A stretch of DNA of 61,679 nucleotides, counting the filler. It is 5 parts of 5 records of this genome, joined end to end, with 100 filler letters (N's around TTAATTAATTAA, not from the genome) between each part and the next. Parts side by side here need not be neighbours in the genome. Positions count along the whole stretch, not along the records: positions 54,680 to 61,679 come from SRR31156797_5253; 4 more parts are not named here. One strand, 5' to 3'. This document shows positions 60,224 to 61,679 of the stretch, in pieces. Position 1 is the stretch's first letter. Every line of letters starts with the position of its first letter. A model generated the notes under the pieces. The model searched no databases. It saw nothing but the letters and a program-made list of their open reading frames with translations, and had not been told where the DNA came from. A program made the position numbers and the translations under genes.

Positions 60224-61165
60224 ATGGAACAGGTAAAAAAAAAGGAAGTGCTCCTGGTGGCCCTCGGGGGGAATGCGCTGATCCGAAAGGGCCAGGAGGG
60301 AACCATAGAGGAACAATTGGAGAACCTGAAGGTCCCCATGACCCAAATTGCAGACCTTTCCCCCGATTACCGGATCATCATCACCCACGGCAATGCACCC
60401 CAGGTGGGCAATCTGCTGCTCCAGCAGGAGTCATGCCATACGGTTCCCAAACTTCCCCTGGAGATTCTGGTGGCCCAGACCCAGGGGCAATTAGGCTATA
60501 TGATTGAATCGACCCTGGATACCGCCCTCATGGAAGCGGGTCTGGATAACGCGCAGAATCTGGTAAGCCTGATCAGTTACGTGGTGGTGGATGAAAATGA
60601 TCCGGCCTTTCAAAATCCCTCCAAGCCCATCGGCCCCGCCTTCTCACCCCGGAGGGCGGCGACCCTCCCTTACCCGACCCTAAAAACCGCCAAAGGGTAC
60701 CGCCGTGTGGTGGCTTCACCTGAGCCCGTTACCATTGTTGAAAAGCGCGAAATCAGAAAACTCGTGGATATGGGTTTTATCGTTATCTGCTGCGGTGGGG
60801 GAGGCATTCCGGTGGTTCGGGAGGGAAGGCGTTTTTGCGGCGTGGACGCCGTGATTGATAAGGACCTGGCCAGTGCCGAACTGGCGAAGGAGGTGGGGGT
60901 GGACATCTTTCTTATGGCGACGGATGTTCCGGGGGCGGCCCTGCACTACGGCCGGAACCGTCAACAATACCTTCGCACCATGACCACAACCGAGGCGCAT
61001 CAATATGAGCAAGAGGGCCATTTCCCGCCCGGCTCCATGGGACCCAAGGTGGCAGCGGCCGTCCGGTTTGTGGAACACACGGGTAAACGGGCCGTCATCA
61101 CGTCGGTGGGCGCCATCAAAGACGCGGTGAAAGTGAAGGCGGGTACGGAGATGGTCCCGTCCTAA
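60224..61165 (+). CDS. arcC: Carbamate kinase
   Basis: VALGGNAL, THGNAPQVG, KPIGP, YRRVVASP, GGGGIPV, AVIDKD, GSMGPKV. Start placed at MEQVKK (60224). Confidence 0.94.
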   Translation: MEQVKKKEVLLVALGGNALIRKGQEGTIEEQLENLKVPMTQIADLSPDYRIIITHGNAPQVGNLLLQQESCHTVPKLPLEILVAQTQGQLGYMIESTLDTALMEAGLDNAQNLVSLISYVVVDENDPAFQNPSKPIGPAFSPRRAATLPYPTLKTAKGYRRVVASPEPVTIVEKREIRKLVDMGFIVICCGGGGIPVVREGRRFCGVDAVIDKDLASAELAKEVGVDIFLMATDVPGAALHYGRNRQQYLRTMTTTEAHQYEQEGHFPPGSMGPKVAAAVRFVEHTGKRAVITSVGAIKDAVKVKAGTEMVPS

Positions 61166-61273
61166 AAACCGCCCCGGTTTCTCAATCCCCGCTCCATGGG
61201 CAAGACAAAGGCAAGATGGTATGTTCGGCAGCAACGATTCACCGAGGACGGCGCCTCTTTCCCCACTTTGGGA

Positions 61274-61678
61274 CTAATTTAATGTTCCCACCGCTTTCTC
61301 CACGGCACCCACAAGGGCATCGGACCGGATCAGGGAGCACACCGCCGCAATGTCGTCAGCCGGTACCCGGTCCTTTTCCAGGTATGGGACGTGTTTGCGG
61401 ATCAACTTGTAGGCCGCCATGGTCCCTTTTCCCGGTTTGAGGTTGGTAAACAGATCCAGGGCCTGGGTGGCGCATAAAAGTTCAATGGCCGCCACATGCT
61501 CGGTATTACGTACGATATCACGACATTTACGGGCTGCGATGGTGCCCATGGAGACATGGTCCTCTTTATTTGCCGAGGTGGGGATGGAATCCACGCTGGC
61601 CGGATGGGCCAACACTTTGTTTTCGGAAACCAGGGCCGCGGCCGTATACTGGGCGATCATGAAACCGGAGTTGAGGCC
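61274..61678 (-). CDS. hutH: Histidine ammonia-lyase, 5'-truncated by the window edge
   Basis: GLNSGFMIAQYTAAALVSENK.LAHPASVDSIPTSANKEDHVSMG. Confidence 0.92.
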   Translation of the reverse strand, partial: GLNSGFMIAQYTAAALVSENKVLAHPASVDSIPTSANKEDHVSMGTIAARKCRDIVRNTEHVAAIELLCATQALDLFTNLKPGKGTMAAYKLIRKHVPYLEKDRVPADDIAAVCSLIRSDALVGAVEKAVGTLN

Positions 61679-61679
61679 G

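Noticed and set aside
60198-60236. TGA ending the arcE-like gene as possible read-through into carbamate kinase
   Set aside because: Read-through hits TAA after 11 codons and is out of frame with arcC; there is no Cys or SECIS context.
55145-61440. Many long overlapping alternative-frame ORFs (e.g. 57696-58721, 57926-58717, 59271-59873)
   Set aside because: They are shadows of GC-rich real genes, with Pro/Gly/Arg-rich translations and no recognisable motifs.
1-61679. CRISPR arrays, cas genes, transposases, integrases, rRNA or complete tRNA genes
   Set aside because: None recognised. The three ars motifs are widely and irregularly spaced and tied to gene starts, so they are not an array.

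Overview
The window is not one locus. It is five unrelated contigs joined by artificial 100-nt linkers (N44-TTAATTAATTAA-N44 at 17181, 38740, 47714 and 54580). Contig 1 (1-17180, Bacteroidota-like) carries T9SS-cargo genes, a GH125, a split pntA1/pntA2/pntB transhydrogenase, an Omp28-like CxxC protein and small housekeeping genes. The best finding is here: ORFs 333-1370 and 1437-2147 are one reading frame interrupted by a single TGA in a C-L-S-[UGA] (CxxU) motif. A SECIS-like hairpin follows 11 nt later, pointing to a 604-aa T9SS-secreted selenoprotein. Contig 2 (17281-38739, AT-rich Bacteroidota) has carboxylase subunits, ispE, dnaB, pcm and a starch/maltose PUL (GH13s, susE/D/C, LacI, MFS, pgmB, GH65) with visible GCAAACGTTTGC-type operators. 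Contig 3 (38840-47713, Bacteroidota) has an arsR-arsE-arsF-arsG-arsP-like cluster with a motif repeated three times, an unannotated decayed glutathione peroxidase + OhrR pair, apbE, acyP and a PLP decarboxylase. Contig 4 (47814-54579, taxon unclear) has a ttcA-like gene, a hybrid kinase, an M29 aminopeptidase and a surface protein. Contig 5 (54680-61679, GC-rich, probably Desulfobacterota-like) has putA divergent from an arginine synthetase-like (arcE) + carbamate kinase pair, next to hutH. All family calls come from motif recognition by eye; no searches were run.
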